Below, in pieces: positions 37,501 through 47,002 of a stretch of 64,000 nt of DNA. How positions within the stretch are numbered: position 1 is the first letter of the stretch; each line of letters starts with the position of its first letter. The notes beneath the pieces were generated by a model. That model did no database searches. It was not told the DNA's origin and was given only the letters and a program-made list of their open reading frames with translations. A program made the position numbers and the translations under genes. The DNA is from Lachnospiraceae bacterium (GTDB lineage: Bacteria; Bacillota; Clostridia; Lachnospirales; Lachnospiraceae): the NCBI GenBank assembly GCA_024685635.1, contig JAIKVP010000040.1:67-64066 (forward strand), read 5' to 3'.

Positions 37501-38677
37501 CTACAACAGTAGGATAGCTGATTACTCTCAAATTGTGAGTAATAATGCCATCTACCACAACATTCCTCATGTTGATCTTAAGCGAGTCAGGCATTGCCCA
37601 TTTAGCCCATTCTTCCTCAGGGAGCCTGTTAATCTCCTTCTCATCAAAATCTACACCGTTAGTGTACTTTAAGAATACTGCTAGCTCCTTGGTGTTAAGG
37701 CGTTTAACAGTTAACTCGCCCTGCTCAAGGCTCATAATTGCCTGTCTTGTGATAACATCAAGACGTCTCTTATCATTTTCAAAAAGAACTAAGTAATAAA
37801 ATGGCTCTATTACTTTGTCTTCGTTGCATAATTCTCTTACTTCATTGATTCTGTCATACTGAATCTCTACTCTTGACTTGAGCTCAGCCTCAGTAAAAAG
37901 GCCACTCTCATAAGATGCTTTTAGCTGGTCTAGCTTGTCATATTCTGCATCTAAATATTCATCATAAATAATAGGTCTTTGAACCTTTACAATATTGGCT
38001 CCGTAATCACCCTGCATACCTCTTAAAACCTTGCCAAAGCAAGATTCTATAGAGTTGTTACGTCTGTATTTAGAAAAGAATCTAAACTCAACAGGATCAA
38101 CCTCAATTACGCTGCCATAATACTCTCCGTTATACTCAATATAGCCATCTTTTATATCGGTAAACGGCATAAAATCTTCAAGGGTGTCAAATTTCTCGTC
38201 CTTTTTTGACTCTTTAGCCTTTTTCTTCTCTGCAGATCTCTCTGCTCTAGCAAGCCAGACAGCATCCTTCTCTTCCTTAGTAGCAGTCTTGCTTTTTAGT
38301 ATTTTGTTCTCCTCTTTGATTAATTCCTTAAGGCGCTCTTTATCTTCTTCGGTCTCCGTTTCATCCTCTTGATCTTCGTTTGAGGCCTCAGCACCGCTGT
38401 CATCTGACTTTACAAATCGTCTAGGATATGCCTTATATCTAATCATATGCCACAAAAACAGATACATAGGATCATCATCAATTCTAAATAATAGTGGCAC
38501 AAAGATTGATAGAATGATTGCTGTAATAACCCATTTTGCAGGCAAAGACGAAGCAAGGCAGAATGTTATAAGCAAGACTCCAACAAGCCCTACTCCAACA
38601 TCTGCTAGTGTTACTCCTTTAAATAATTCGATTTTAACCTTGGTTCTACCCGGAATTAATCTCATATAAACATCCAC
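34505..38677 (-). CDS. virB4: VirB4-like T4SS ATPase with fused PrgI/VirB3-like N-terminus and long acidic C-tail
   Basis: Walker A VGKSGSGKS, Walker B VVIDEAH, KRIRKYNG..VITQ; N-terminal IPGRTKVKIELFKG + 2 TM; D/S/F-rich tail. Confidence 0.92.
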   Translation of the reverse strand: MDVYMRLIPGRTKVKIELFKGVTLADVGVGLVGVLLITFCLASSLPAKWVITAIILSIFVPLLFRIDDDPMYLFLWHMIRYKAYPRRFVKSDDSGAEASNEDQEDETETEEDKERLKELIKEENKILKSKTATKEEKDAVWLARAERSAEKKKAKESKKDEKFDTLEDFMPFTDIKDGYIEYNGEYYGSVIEVDPVEFRFFSKYRRNNSIESCFGKVLRGMQGDYGANIVKVQRPIIYDEYLDAEYDKLDQLKASYESGLFTEAELKSRVEIQYDRINEVRELCNEDKVIEPFYYLVLFENDKRRLDVITRQAIMSLEQGELTVKRLNTKELAVFLKYTNGVDFDEKEINRLPEEEWAKWAMPDSLKINMRNVVVDGIITHNLRVISYPTVVGDAWLAGVMSFPSTKVVVKVTPMDNGKAIKAIDRSLSELRGQYMTTSLDSKVIELQEHIDTLSSLLVTLQQENEALMNVNIYITAYDASATAENPLYNENFKTVMPYVADMKKTVRRSWNESGMRVTGMDFLQIQSFIGSQVSNYDPLVKEARGIPTNTIAGMYPWIFAHISDKGGIKLGSSQGVPVFIDFFRRDSERVNSNMVIVGKSGSGKSYATKSLLTNLASEDAKIFILDPENEYSELANTLHGKVINVGNATYGRLNPFHIITALDDDEAGTDGGGPGGSFATHLQFLEEFFRQILPDIDKDALEYLNSLVERMYLNFGITPETDLSGFDAEDYPIFDDLYDVVLQEFERTNNEYLRQLLRSLVNYISKFSTGGRNANIWNGPSTITTDENFSVFNFQSMLANRNTTIANAQMLLVLKYIDNEIIKNRDYNIKYNLKRKIVVVIDEAHVFIDTKFPVALDFMYQLAKRIRKYNGMQIVITQNIKDFVGSEEIARKSSAIINACQYSFVFSLAPNDMDDLCKLYEKAGGINEREQEDIVGAKRGEVFTIMSPTSRSSFMIEVPDSFVDMFENQDFQTNYFFGDEGVTNWEDFVADSRETHDVNYEERKASESEKVEKQEKKSSFTFSEISVDEALELERESSDDNEIRLEETAKSPRQEERRNSFDKLMEAEEAVNRKEYEMAMGRFGSINLAEVSEDEFDNDADEISFEDISLNDNVKAGASKAKEKGSVYSEEELEMKLSDFRESIRKEMEDELVERLKWISIGAGINQGQAVASASGAVSYDTNRMSAPTAFADNSSTQDSSYIDDDDDFITSMFSDEDDYLTSPNTNATEDSKPSDDHSLEDDSSNDDEFDFDFDTLDESLDSSRSDDEHSSDSSDYDFDSDSSDDEFDFDFDTDDSSDEFDFDFGSTDDSDDDEFSYSSDDDIDDLFSDDESEEYEPAPFLFAELLAEAAEEYANMGIEERMAEMGEDVIEVTVEELAAYIKEQRKKK

Positions 38678-38709
38678 CTATTTTTATAATAAGTCAAAAC
38701 GCACCATCA

Positions 38710-38739
38710 CCCACCCTAATTAAAAGCAATTAGGGTGGG
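38710..38739. repeat. 12-bp hairpin between the VirB6-like and VirB4 genes
   Basis: CCCACCCTAATT-aaaagc-AATTAGGGTGGG; no U-tract in the sense direction. Confidence 0.8.
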
Positions 38740-38762
38740 GTATTACTAAAAACTATATTACA

Positions 38763-40784
38763 TTATACCTGATGATTCTGATTTTCAGGAAGATCTAAAT
38801 CATTATCATCATCATCATCATTGTTTTTTCTATTTGGAGGCGGCTGACGACGTGGTGGTGCTGGATTCTTATCCATATTAGCTATACGTCTCTTCTCTCT
38901 AGCCACTTTGTCATCTCTATCAATCTTATCCTGCCTCATATCTTCCTTGGCCATAGCCGTAGCATCCTTAACATTGCTACCCTGTTCAAGATGTGAAAGT
39001 ATATGCTTCTTGAAGTCTGCATCTTTAGAAGTCATACTAGATCCATCTGCTGCCTTACCGGTCTCGCCATAACTCTTAAGATCTTCTTTGATATTCTTAG
39101 CCTCTCTTTGTGACTCACGCTGCTCTGCAGTCTTTTCTTCCACAGAAGACTCTGACTTAGAACCATCTGCATTTCTACCAGATATCTTATTGTCAAGCTT
39201 CTCAACACCCTGACCCATAAGTCCACCTGCTGTAGCCCATTTGCCAGTAACTCTACCCATAGCTGACTGCTCAAAGTTGCTTCTCATATCACCAGCGTAG
39301 ATAGCCTGATATCCAGCATTATCAGCCAAAATACCAGTAAAGATACCGTTAACCTTGCTAACTGCTTCTAGCGCACAATAGGTTATAATTGCTTTTATAA
39401 TTGTTCCTAAAACAACACTGTCAAATCCATTGTTGCCGACTTCTAACGCCGGACTCCATATAATCGGCAGGAAGGTCAAGAACAACCTCAAGGATATAAT
39501 CATACCCACAATTCCAAGAAGCTGTACAACAAATGCTGTAGACCACTGCTTAAACTTACCACCATCATCTAGCGGCATCGTCGCAATCGCTAATGGTGAC
39601 GCTATATAAAGTGCTAAAAGGTTAAATATACGAACACCACATGTAACTATAACGACTACCATTTCTCTTAAAAGAGATAGCGCTACAATATATACCAAAG
39701 CGTAGTTCATATATATAGGATTAAATGTAAACGCCTTTCTTACATCCTCAGGGTTATATATGTTTTTATCTCCCCTGTAGAATGGTCCTCTTAAAGAGTC
39801 AGTAAAGGATGGATTCTTGTTATATGAATCATCTCTCGCTGCAGCAAGACCACCGATGGTTCCCATAGTACCAGTAACAAATAATATTCTATCCATTGGC
39901 ACATCACCCGGCTTGCTTGAACCAGTTAATGTATATTCAGGCCTCTCAAATTTCTCGTAAACCTTCATTTTAGGATTGGCCTTTAATATCTCCATAGCAT
40001 CAAGTATCGCACTTGTTAAACCGTCATCATAGGTATCTAAAGTCGCTTCAGCTTCGAGCGAATAGCCTTCCCTAAGCAGCTGCATAACGCTCTGCCAGGT
40101 AGGCGCATCCGGATCTGACATATAATCAAACTGAAATACCCCTTGTTTATCCAAAAACTGTAAATCTGCCCTTATATCATTGTAACAGGCATTAATATTA
40201 TATCTCGCTCTATAAGATGGATTGATTGAATAGTTACCAATCGTGTTGACAATTCGTCCCATAGCAGCGTACTGCTCTTCAGTAAACTCAATTGAGTCTT
40301 CACCCTGAGTAAATTCTGATCCATTCTGTATTGCATAACTGATTGTTGCAGTTAATACATTGGTAACGTAAATTGAAAGGTAAACTATCGCTGTCATAGA
40401 GAAAATCAAAATGATACTTTTAATCAGGTTAGTGAGAATTGTACCCATTGTTATTCCCTGCTGCTTGCCTCTCAAATCAAGAGCTCTCTTAATAACACTC
40501 CATATAGCAAAGGCAAATGCAAACATTATACCAATCATTCCTATAGCGCTATAGACACCTCTTATTGTCTCGTGCTCAAAGAAGACATTGATTAAGGAAG
40601 TGGAATTGTTGTTATAAACAACCTCCTGCTCACCTGTAAATATCTCCATCGCATATTCCATAAGGTGTAATGCGTATAGAATAAATATCTCTACAAAATA
40701 CCAGCCAGAGAAAAACAGATATTCAATTGCCGCTATGAAAAAGTCTTTAATGTCGTCTAAACTAAATCCAAACGCAAACATCAT
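38763..40784 (-). CDS. Polytopic T4SS membrane protein, VirB6/TrbL-like
   Basis: Multiple TM segments; RIFNLLALYIASPLAIATMPLDDG.KFKQW pattern typical of VirB6-like channel proteins; Gly/Ala-rich then charged C-tail; directly upstream of virB4. Confidence 0.75.
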   Translation of the reverse strand: MMFAFGFSLDDIKDFFIAAIEYLFFSGWYFVEIFILYALHLMEYAMEIFTGEQEVVYNNNSTSLINVFFEHETIRGVYSAIGMIGIMFAFAFAIWSVIKRALDLRGKQQGITMGTILTNLIKSIILIFSMTAIVYLSIYVTNVLTATISYAIQNGSEFTQGEDSIEFTEEQYAAMGRIVNTIGNYSINPSYRARYNINACYNDIRADLQFLDKQGVFQFDYMSDPDAPTWQSVMQLLREGYSLEAEATLDTYDDGLTSAILDAMEILKANPKMKVYEKFERPEYTLTGSSKPGDVPMDRILFVTGTMGTIGGLAAARDDSYNKNPSFTDSLRGPFYRGDKNIYNPEDVRKAFTFNPIYMNYALVYIVALSLLREMVVVIVTCGVRIFNLLALYIASPLAIATMPLDDGGKFKQWSTAFVVQLLGIVGMIISLRLFLTFLPIIWSPALEVGNNGFDSVVLGTIIKAIITYCALEAVSKVNGIFTGILADNAGYQAIYAGDMRSNFEQSAMGRVTGKWATAGGLMGQGVEKLDNKISGRNADGSKSESSVEEKTAEQRESQREAKNIKEDLKSYGETGKAADGSSMTSKDADFKKHILSHLEQGSNVKDATAMAKEDMRQDKIDRDDKVAREKRRIANMDKNPAPPRRQPPPNRKNNDDDDDNDLDLPENQNHQV

Positions 40785-40807
40785 AATATATCACTCCTAT
40801 GAGCTTG

Positions 40808-41815
40808 TTAACGTACCTTAAGCTTCTTTCTTGAAATAAGTAACGCTACACAGAGCCCTATAATTACTAGTACTAAAATCACTAAGAATACCCAGGCTTT
40901 AAGATTAAAATAAACCAATATCGTAAAATTCTTAGTTACACTGTTTCCGGCGGGATCCGAAACCACTACATGGTAAGTACCGGGGTTAACAAGCTGTGAT
41001 TTGTAGTTAAGCTTGATCTGATTATCCTCATCCTCTTTGTCATCACTATCATATAATGTGATAGAAACCGTATCAGACTCTGAATATCCGGTTATAGTTA
41101 CAGGTCCGTTAGCTCTGTTTTTAGAATCAAGTCCTTCAAAGCTAACGACAGGTGGTGTATGGTCAACTGTTATATATAGTGTGTAACCTACTCTAGTATC
41201 AATACACCTGTAATTAATCTCGTAATCTCCTTCTTCACTTAAATCGACAGAACCTTTGCTGGTCTTAACTTCCTTGCCGTTTAAGTAAACGCTCTTAATA
41301 TTAAATCTCTCCGGCATAACATAATTGCTAATCTTTCCAGTAACCTTATTAACAATTTCAAATGTCATAACCCTGTCTTCAGCGTTATCAGTCCATGTTA
41401 CTACCGAATAAACACCCACTTCACTTACTGTCTCAGGAATCGAGGCAAGCTTCTCTCCATCCTTATATACGCTAACATTTTCATTATCAGCTTCTAGGGC
41501 AAATGCAACAGCATCAGTTAGTACCATTCCATCGCAAGCAGTTGAATTAAAAGTACCTCCAGTTACAGGATACTTATAGAATCCAGTACTTCCGTCGTAG
41601 GTGACGCCATTAGTCAATGCCACCACACTTGTTGTTCCTGTATCCTCTTCTTCAGCCACATTCTTTGGCAAACCAGTGATTATATCAATCTCGCCGTTGT
41701 AATCAATGTAGCTAGAATTAACATTCTCGGTAGATGTAGCATATGCTACACTGCCAAAATTGCAAGAAACAACTCCAATTATGATAACGATAAATGTAAC
41801 AAATAATTTCTTCAT
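40808..41815 (-). CDS. Secreted, C-terminally TM-anchored protein with an Ig-like segment
   Basis: Signal peptide; DHTPPVV...GTYHVVVSDPAGNS; C-terminal TM followed by RKKLKVR. Confidence 0.75.
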   Translation of the reverse strand: MKKLFVTFIVIIIGVVSCNFGSVAYATSTENVNSSYIDYNGEIDIITGLPKNVAEEEDTGTTSVVALTNGVTYDGSTGFYKYPVTGGTFNSTACDGMVLTDAVAFALEADNENVSVYKDGEKLASIPETVSEVGVYSVVTWTDNAEDRVMTFEIVNKVTGKISNYVMPERFNIKSVYLNGKEVKTSKGSVDLSEEGDYEINYRCIDTRVGYTLYITVDHTPPVVSFEGLDSKNRANGPVTITGYSESDTVSITLYDSDDKEDEDNQIKLNYKSQLVNPGTYHVVVSDPAGNSVTKNFTILVYFNLKAWVFLVILVLVIIGLCVALLISRKKLKVR

Positions 41816-41818
41816 GGA

Positions 41819-43843
41819 TTACGCGCTTTCCTCCACCTGTTCTTCATTTTTGCCAAGTACTATCTCGTTACGCTCGTCTAGATCGTAATAAACTTCATCA
41901 GCCCTAAACATATGGCTTCTTAACTCATCCATATCCATGCGTCCCATCTTGTAAAATGGACACAAGTAGCTAGGAGTGTACTTAGTTTTAAGCGGGAAGT
42001 TACCAAATGTAACTATGATAGCATTACCTGTGCTCTCCTTATTGTTAAGCATCTGCAATTCAGATGGATAAATAAGAGGCCTAACCTGAGTCTGTGATGA
42101 TAAGTTCATATCTCCCGCTCTACCGCCAATATTGGCTGATGTAGAAGTCGTTCGAACTGTCATATTACCACAGAGTTTAGAGAACTCTTCACAGGTACCG
42201 ATGTCATTTGATCCGATGAACATCTTCATACCACAGTTAGATTTAACAATGTCTGCCACCTTCTCGCCGTATACGTTATTAAGCTGCGAGTATGACTGAA
42301 CTACCATGTTAAACCATATCTTACGAGAACGTCCAACAGTGATCATCTTGTCGAACTTCTCGATCTTTGGCATATTACCAAACTCATCAAGGATGAAGTA
42401 AACGTTTCTTGGGAGAGACAAATCCTCTCTTGCAGAAGCAACCTTGATAAGCGCTTTATACATACAGAGAATAAATACTGCGGCAAGTCCATGCCTTGTA
42501 TCCTTCTCGTCAGGTATCTTCATAAATAATGCTGTTGGTTGATCAGCGAATTTCTCCGCCTCAACGTCTGTTGCTGAAGTAAGACCGCAAAGGCCACGGT
42601 CATTAAACATATTCAGCTTGTCAAATGTAATAGACATATATGACGAAAGAGTTGTATCAGCCGCTGACATAACCTGTCTTGATAATGTATAAGCCTGAGA
42701 CAACTTACTTCTTCCCTCAAAATATGACTTAAGCGTTGCAAACTCATCTTCTGAATTTGTAAGTGCTTTATTTATGTTAAAGAAATTGAACTTATCCTTG
42801 GTCATTCCAAGTCTTTCGTCCTCAGAATCCTCTAACATCGCAAGGCAGGTACTCATAATAATTGATCTTGCACCCTTCTCCCAAACAGGATCCTTTTCAT
42901 TTTCAATAGGACAGATAACCGAAATCAAGTCATTTAAGTCCTCATACATCTCATCATAAAACTGCTGCCTTGTAACGGATACATCATCCTGGCAATGAGT
43001 AAGATCTGCATATGCTCTTCCTCTCCACTCTGCCCAAGGCTCTCCGTCAACTCCCTCTCCATCCATTCTTCTAAGTTCAGGATAGTTAGACATGCTGTCC
43101 TTGTGGAACTTAATGCCCTTGCCTGCTTCTACATATTCCTGATACATATCCCAGATTCCATCTAATGGATTCCACCTTGATGAAGAATAAGTATCACGAA
43201 GATCAAGCAAAAGCACCTTGTATCCTCTAGACTTTAAGAACTTAGAGTGAAGATCAAAAAGCTCTCCCTTTGGATCCGTCATGATCATTGAACTTCCTGC
43301 ATCTGTAGCAGCTAAAAGCTGAATCATCGGATTGATAAATGTTGTCGTCTTACCAGAACCAGTAGCACCAATAACCAGCGAATGGGCTCCTGGTAAGAAG
43401 TTAACCTCTAGGTTATTCTTTCTGTCAAGTACCGCTCTTACAGGAATACCATCCTTCTTAACACTAGCAAGAGCTGTATATGAGTGTTCAGGGAAGTATT
43501 TATCTCTCTCCTTGTCAGTAAGATATCGGCTGTTTTCAAGTGATCCTCTTACGACATCAGGTTTACCCTTCCCACCTAGCATATTACCTGTATTGAATAT
43601 AAGGGAATCAAGGTTACTTCCCGATAAAAGCCAGACTACGAATATAACAAGTCCTGAAATCAGACCATATATCCATGTCTTAAGCTCTAGGAAAATGCCA
43701 AAGTCTACGGTCACTCCCTTACCTGAGATAATGTCAGGGAGTGCACCTCCTAAGGTTCTAACAAAAAATCCTGCCAGCCCCACCAAAAGGATAAAGACCA
43801 TAACATTTAGAGCAACCTTGTGCCAGTTTTTTAATCCATCCAT
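41819..43843 (-). CDS. virD4: VirD4/TraG-like type IV coupling protein
   Basis: 2 N-terminal TM helices; HSLVIGATGSGKT, TDPKGEL, WNPL, ILDEFGN, GRSRKI..VVQSYSQL..VYG. Confidence 0.95.
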   Translation of the reverse strand: MDGLKNWHKVALNVMVFILLVGLAGFFVRTLGGALPDIISGKGVTVDFGIFLELKTWIYGLISGLVIFVVWLLSGSNLDSLIFNTGNMLGGKGKPDVVRGSLENSRYLTDKERDKYFPEHSYTALASVKKDGIPVRAVLDRKNNLEVNFLPGAHSLVIGATGSGKTTTFINPMIQLLAATDAGSSMIMTDPKGELFDLHSKFLKSRGYKVLLLDLRDTYSSSRWNPLDGIWDMYQEYVEAGKGIKFHKDSMSNYPELRRMDGEGVDGEPWAEWRGRAYADLTHCQDDVSVTRQQFYDEMYEDLNDLISVICPIENEKDPVWEKGARSIIMSTCLAMLEDSEDERLGMTKDKFNFFNINKALTNSEDEFATLKSYFEGRSKLSQAYTLSRQVMSAADTTLSSYMSITFDKLNMFNDRGLCGLTSATDVEAEKFADQPTALFMKIPDEKDTRHGLAAVFILCMYKALIKVASAREDLSLPRNVYFILDEFGNMPKIEKFDKMITVGRSRKIWFNMVVQSYSQLNNVYGEKVADIVKSNCGMKMFIGSNDIGTCEEFSKLCGNMTVRTTSTSANIGGRAGDMNLSSQTQVRPLIYPSELQMLNNKESTGNAIIVTFGNFPLKTKYTPSYLCPFYKMGRMDMDELRSHMFRADEVYYDLDERNEIVLGKNEEQVEESA

Positions 43844-43894
43844 AGTTCATTCTCCTTAACAGATAAAGCAATCATCAACCAGTTCAAGATAAGA

Positions 43895-46408
43895 TTAATA
43901 CTTCGGAACCGAGTATACTATATGACGAGAATCTATCTGATAACTATTATTCTTATTTACAAAGTTTTTACCATTTATCTTAATAGCCGCAGCCTCTATA
44001 GCATTACCAGTTCTCGTCTCTTTGTTAATTGATACTTTAGCATTTCTTTCACATATGACGCTTAAGTTTGTACCAAAGCCTTGATATAAGAAGTTATCAG
44101 GAGATGAGAAGATAGTATCTGGTAACCAGCCTCCATCATAGACGCCCCAATGACCAGCTATTGGTGGATAAATACTATCATAGTATTCATTACCTACTCC
44201 ATCTCCAAAATACTTATTATAATCCGCTTTCAGCTCATATACCATATTATAAATATCATCGCTATATTCGCCATACCCTTCAAGCGGTACTGTATCGACC
44301 TCTTTACTATACGATCGATAAGCCCATTTAGCTAATTCCAGTCGCATTTTTTCAAGCGTTTCCTCAAGAGAATAGTCACTGTGTAATTCTTCCATTTCAC
44401 TATCAGTCAGCCAGGCTATCATGACATCGTTATCCTTTTTCATACAGCCGAATTTGACATATCCGTCTTTACGGTTATCAACGACCGCTGACTCATCAAA
44501 ATAAGTATTGCTTATGTATACTTTACCGTAGTTAATAAGGCTTGAACCTGTAGTCATTGTAAGGCCGCTTGGGAACAATTGACCAGCATCTCTTAAACCA
44601 CTAAGATATGTATTCGTTGAGTAATTCTCAAAAATCTCCTTATTAACTGTGCAGCTAATTCTTCCTTTTTCCATAACGATAATCTGTCCGCCGTCATGGC
44701 ACTCGATGAAGCCTTCATTGGTGTCCGTAAATGATGAAATACATCCGCCATCCTTAACTAGTATGGTACCGCCATTGTTAATAATCTTACCATTATTAAT
44801 AAGATTGCCATCAACTGATAGAACTGCACCCTTCTCTAAAACAATCTTAGAATGTTCTGGAAGAATGATACCATCTATTCTAACCTCTGCGTTATCCTTA
44901 TCAAGAGTACTTACAGTTCCAACTGGCATAAGGTATCCTGATCCTACAGTTGTAACTCCACCTTCACCAGTTCCTTCTGCGCCACCTTCACCTTTGATGG
45001 TCGAAAAAACATGCGGCTCTCCCACAAACCAATGATAGGTAGCTTGCCTAAAAACTTCACGATTAGGACAAATATATCCGTTTAACAGGTTTATATATGA
45101 CTCATTGAAACCATTACCCTTAAATAATCCAGGCTCACTAATTAGCGAAAACATCTGTTGTTGAGGATCGTCCAATACACTAATTGAAGGTTGATCCGAC
45201 ATTTTTTTAAGCATTGACATCAATTCTCTTGACTCTTTTTTGTTAAGGTCCATTGTAGCTGATGCGACTTTTTCCATAGTCTCATAGTCGTTATTATGAG
45301 CCAGCCATGACAAATACATAAGGCCCATAATTCCACCGCTGCCCAAAACTGAATAACCTCCAGTAGAAAAATATGTTGCATATGATGGAGCAATACGAAT
45401 CTGAGATGCAGCAATTGCACGAGCTTCCATGTCATCTTTAAGAAATCCTTTGTATTCATGAATTCCTTTATGCGTCAAAGCGAGTGCTGGTTCATAATCC
45501 TCTGAATCATCCTCATCAGTATATATTGGCATTCTCAAATAATAATATGACGGATCATAATGTCCATTATTATCATATTTTGCCGTGTTATATATCTGCT
45601 TATATGACAAATCCAAAGATGGATTGTTTTTTTGACTTTCTGTAGAAAAGCTTGGTTTTGAAAGAGCTACATTAACAGGTGTATTTACAGTGAATAGAGG
45701 AAAATATCCTGCTTTATCACTAGTCATATCAGTATCTATAGTCCTTAACGGTTGGGTAAATATTGTACCTAAGGTACCGCCCTTGGTATAAAAACGATCC
45801 CTATTCGCATCAGAAGCATCAAGCTCTTTCTGACTATCAGCATCCATTTTTATGTACATATTACGATACTGATCATACTCACTTCGTACATCCTTAAATG
45901 GGGCTGTAGTTGTTGAAAACCCATCTATATCTCCAATAATATCAAATTCCCAGTTTGTCTCGCTGTACTTATATGTGGCATTGGCCGTCATAACATTAAC
46001 AGAGTTGTTAGAACCACGACTAATATGATTTTTATCTGAGTATGTCGATATAAAATCAGGGTATTCAATCGTATCACCATTAGTCGTATTATAAATATTA
46101 TGCTTACTTGATAGAAACATCGAAGAAAAGAACTTATTCTGATGCTCTTCAATATATTCTAAATAATTCTCCCATGTTACCCTTTTCCATTCCCAGATAA
46201 CGCAGCTACCAGTAGAAGTCTCTAAAAGATTCTGTGCTGACTGAGCATCTGAAGATGCTTCTGATTGCTCAGTAGTTTCATCTGCGTATGCTGGAATGTA
46301 TCTATCCCCATACTCGTATGCTGCAAATACTGCCAAAGCAGTGAAAACAACCACCATCACAAACAAAGTAAGGGGTTTCTTTATTATATTAAGCTTGTCT
46401 CTCTTCAT
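43895..46408 (-). CDS. Large secreted/anchored protein, candidate pilus-associated adhesin with a beta-helix-like C-half
   Basis: N-terminal hydrophobic segment; LSVDGNLINNGKIINNGGTILVKDGG repeats; RBS AAAGGA before ATG 46408. Confidence 0.7.
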   Translation of the reverse strand: MKRDKLNIIKKPLTLFVMVVVFTALAVFAAYEYGDRYIPAYADETTEQSEASSDAQSAQNLLETSTGSCVIWEWKRVTWENYLEYIEEHQNKFFSSMFLSSKHNIYNTTNGDTIEYPDFISTYSDKNHISRGSNNSVNVMTANATYKYSETNWEFDIIGDIDGFSTTTAPFKDVRSEYDQYRNMYIKMDADSQKELDASDANRDRFYTKGGTLGTIFTQPLRTIDTDMTSDKAGYFPLFTVNTPVNVALSKPSFSTESQKNNPSLDLSYKQIYNTAKYDNNGHYDPSYYYLRMPIYTDEDDSEDYEPALALTHKGIHEYKGFLKDDMEARAIAASQIRIAPSYATYFSTGGYSVLGSGGIMGLMYLSWLAHNNDYETMEKVASATMDLNKKESRELMSMLKKMSDQPSISVLDDPQQQMFSLISEPGLFKGNGFNESYINLLNGYICPNREVFRQATYHWFVGEPHVFSTIKGEGGAEGTGEGGVTTVGSGYLMPVGTVSTLDKDNAEVRIDGIILPEHSKIVLEKGAVLSVDGNLINNGKIINNGGTILVKDGGCISSFTDTNEGFIECHDGGQIIVMEKGRISCTVNKEIFENYSTNTYLSGLRDAGQLFPSGLTMTTGSSLINYGKVYISNTYFDESAVVDNRKDGYVKFGCMKKDNDVMIAWLTDSEMEELHSDYSLEETLEKMRLELAKWAYRSYSKEVDTVPLEGYGEYSDDIYNMVYELKADYNKYFGDGVGNEYYDSIYPPIAGHWGVYDGGWLPDTIFSSPDNFLYQGFGTNLSVICERNAKVSINKETRTGNAIEAAAIKINGKNFVNKNNSYQIDSRHIVYSVPKY

Positions 46409-46429
46409 AATGGTCGTTCCTTTCAAAAT

Positions 46430-46460
46430 GACACAAACAGGATTAAATCCTGTCTGTGTC
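46430..46460 (-). terminator. Hairpin/partial terminator downstream of the pilin gene
   Basis: GACACAGACAGGAT-tta-ATCCTGTTTGTGTC (one G-U pair) then ATTTT. Confidence 0.6.
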
Positions 46461-46471
46461 TAAGATTACTA

Positions 46472-46900
46472 TTAGTTATTCAAGCTTGGTGTAGAGTTAA
46501 CACCCTTAAGTGACTCGTTCATCCACTGTGAAAGAGGTCCAATTGAAGTCTTAAGAGCTACGATAAGTACGAAGATAAGTACAAATCCGATGATAGCTGT
46601 CTTAAGAGCCTGCTTACGCTTCTCTCTCTCCTGTGGCTCCTCAGCAGTTGCATACTTAACGCCAAGCATGATGCAGAAAAGAGATCCACCAGCGCCTACT
46701 AACATAAGCAATGGATTAACGAACTTGTTTAGTAAGCCTACGATTGGATTAACTACTCCATCAAATGTAACATTAGATGCAAATGCAACATCGCCGCTTG
46801 CAAATAATACTACTCCTGTTACGAGCAACATAGCCATAAGCTTCATAGCCTTTGTGTTGCTAACTACCTGTGTTGTGATTGTCATTAACTTGTTCTTCAT
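46472..46900 (-). CDS. VirB2/TrbC-like pilin
   Basis: Leader ending VAFA, then two hydrophobic helices separated by GVKYATAEEPQEREKRKQALK; first gene of the T4SS operon. Confidence 0.8.
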   Translation of the reverse strand: MKNKLMTITTQVVSNTKAMKLMAMLLVTGVVLFASGDVAFASNVTFDGVVNPIVGLLNKFVNPLLMLVGAGGSLFCIMLGVKYATAEEPQEREKRKQALKTAIIGFVLIFVLIVALKTSIGPLSQWMNESLKGVNSTPSLNN

Positions 46901-47002
46901 AATTTCTTCCTCCTTGGAAATAATAATATAATGTAATTAGTTCTTTGCCTTTTAATCGGCGGTTTTTACCGCTCATTGCGGTATGTTTTATTTTATGATT
47001 TG

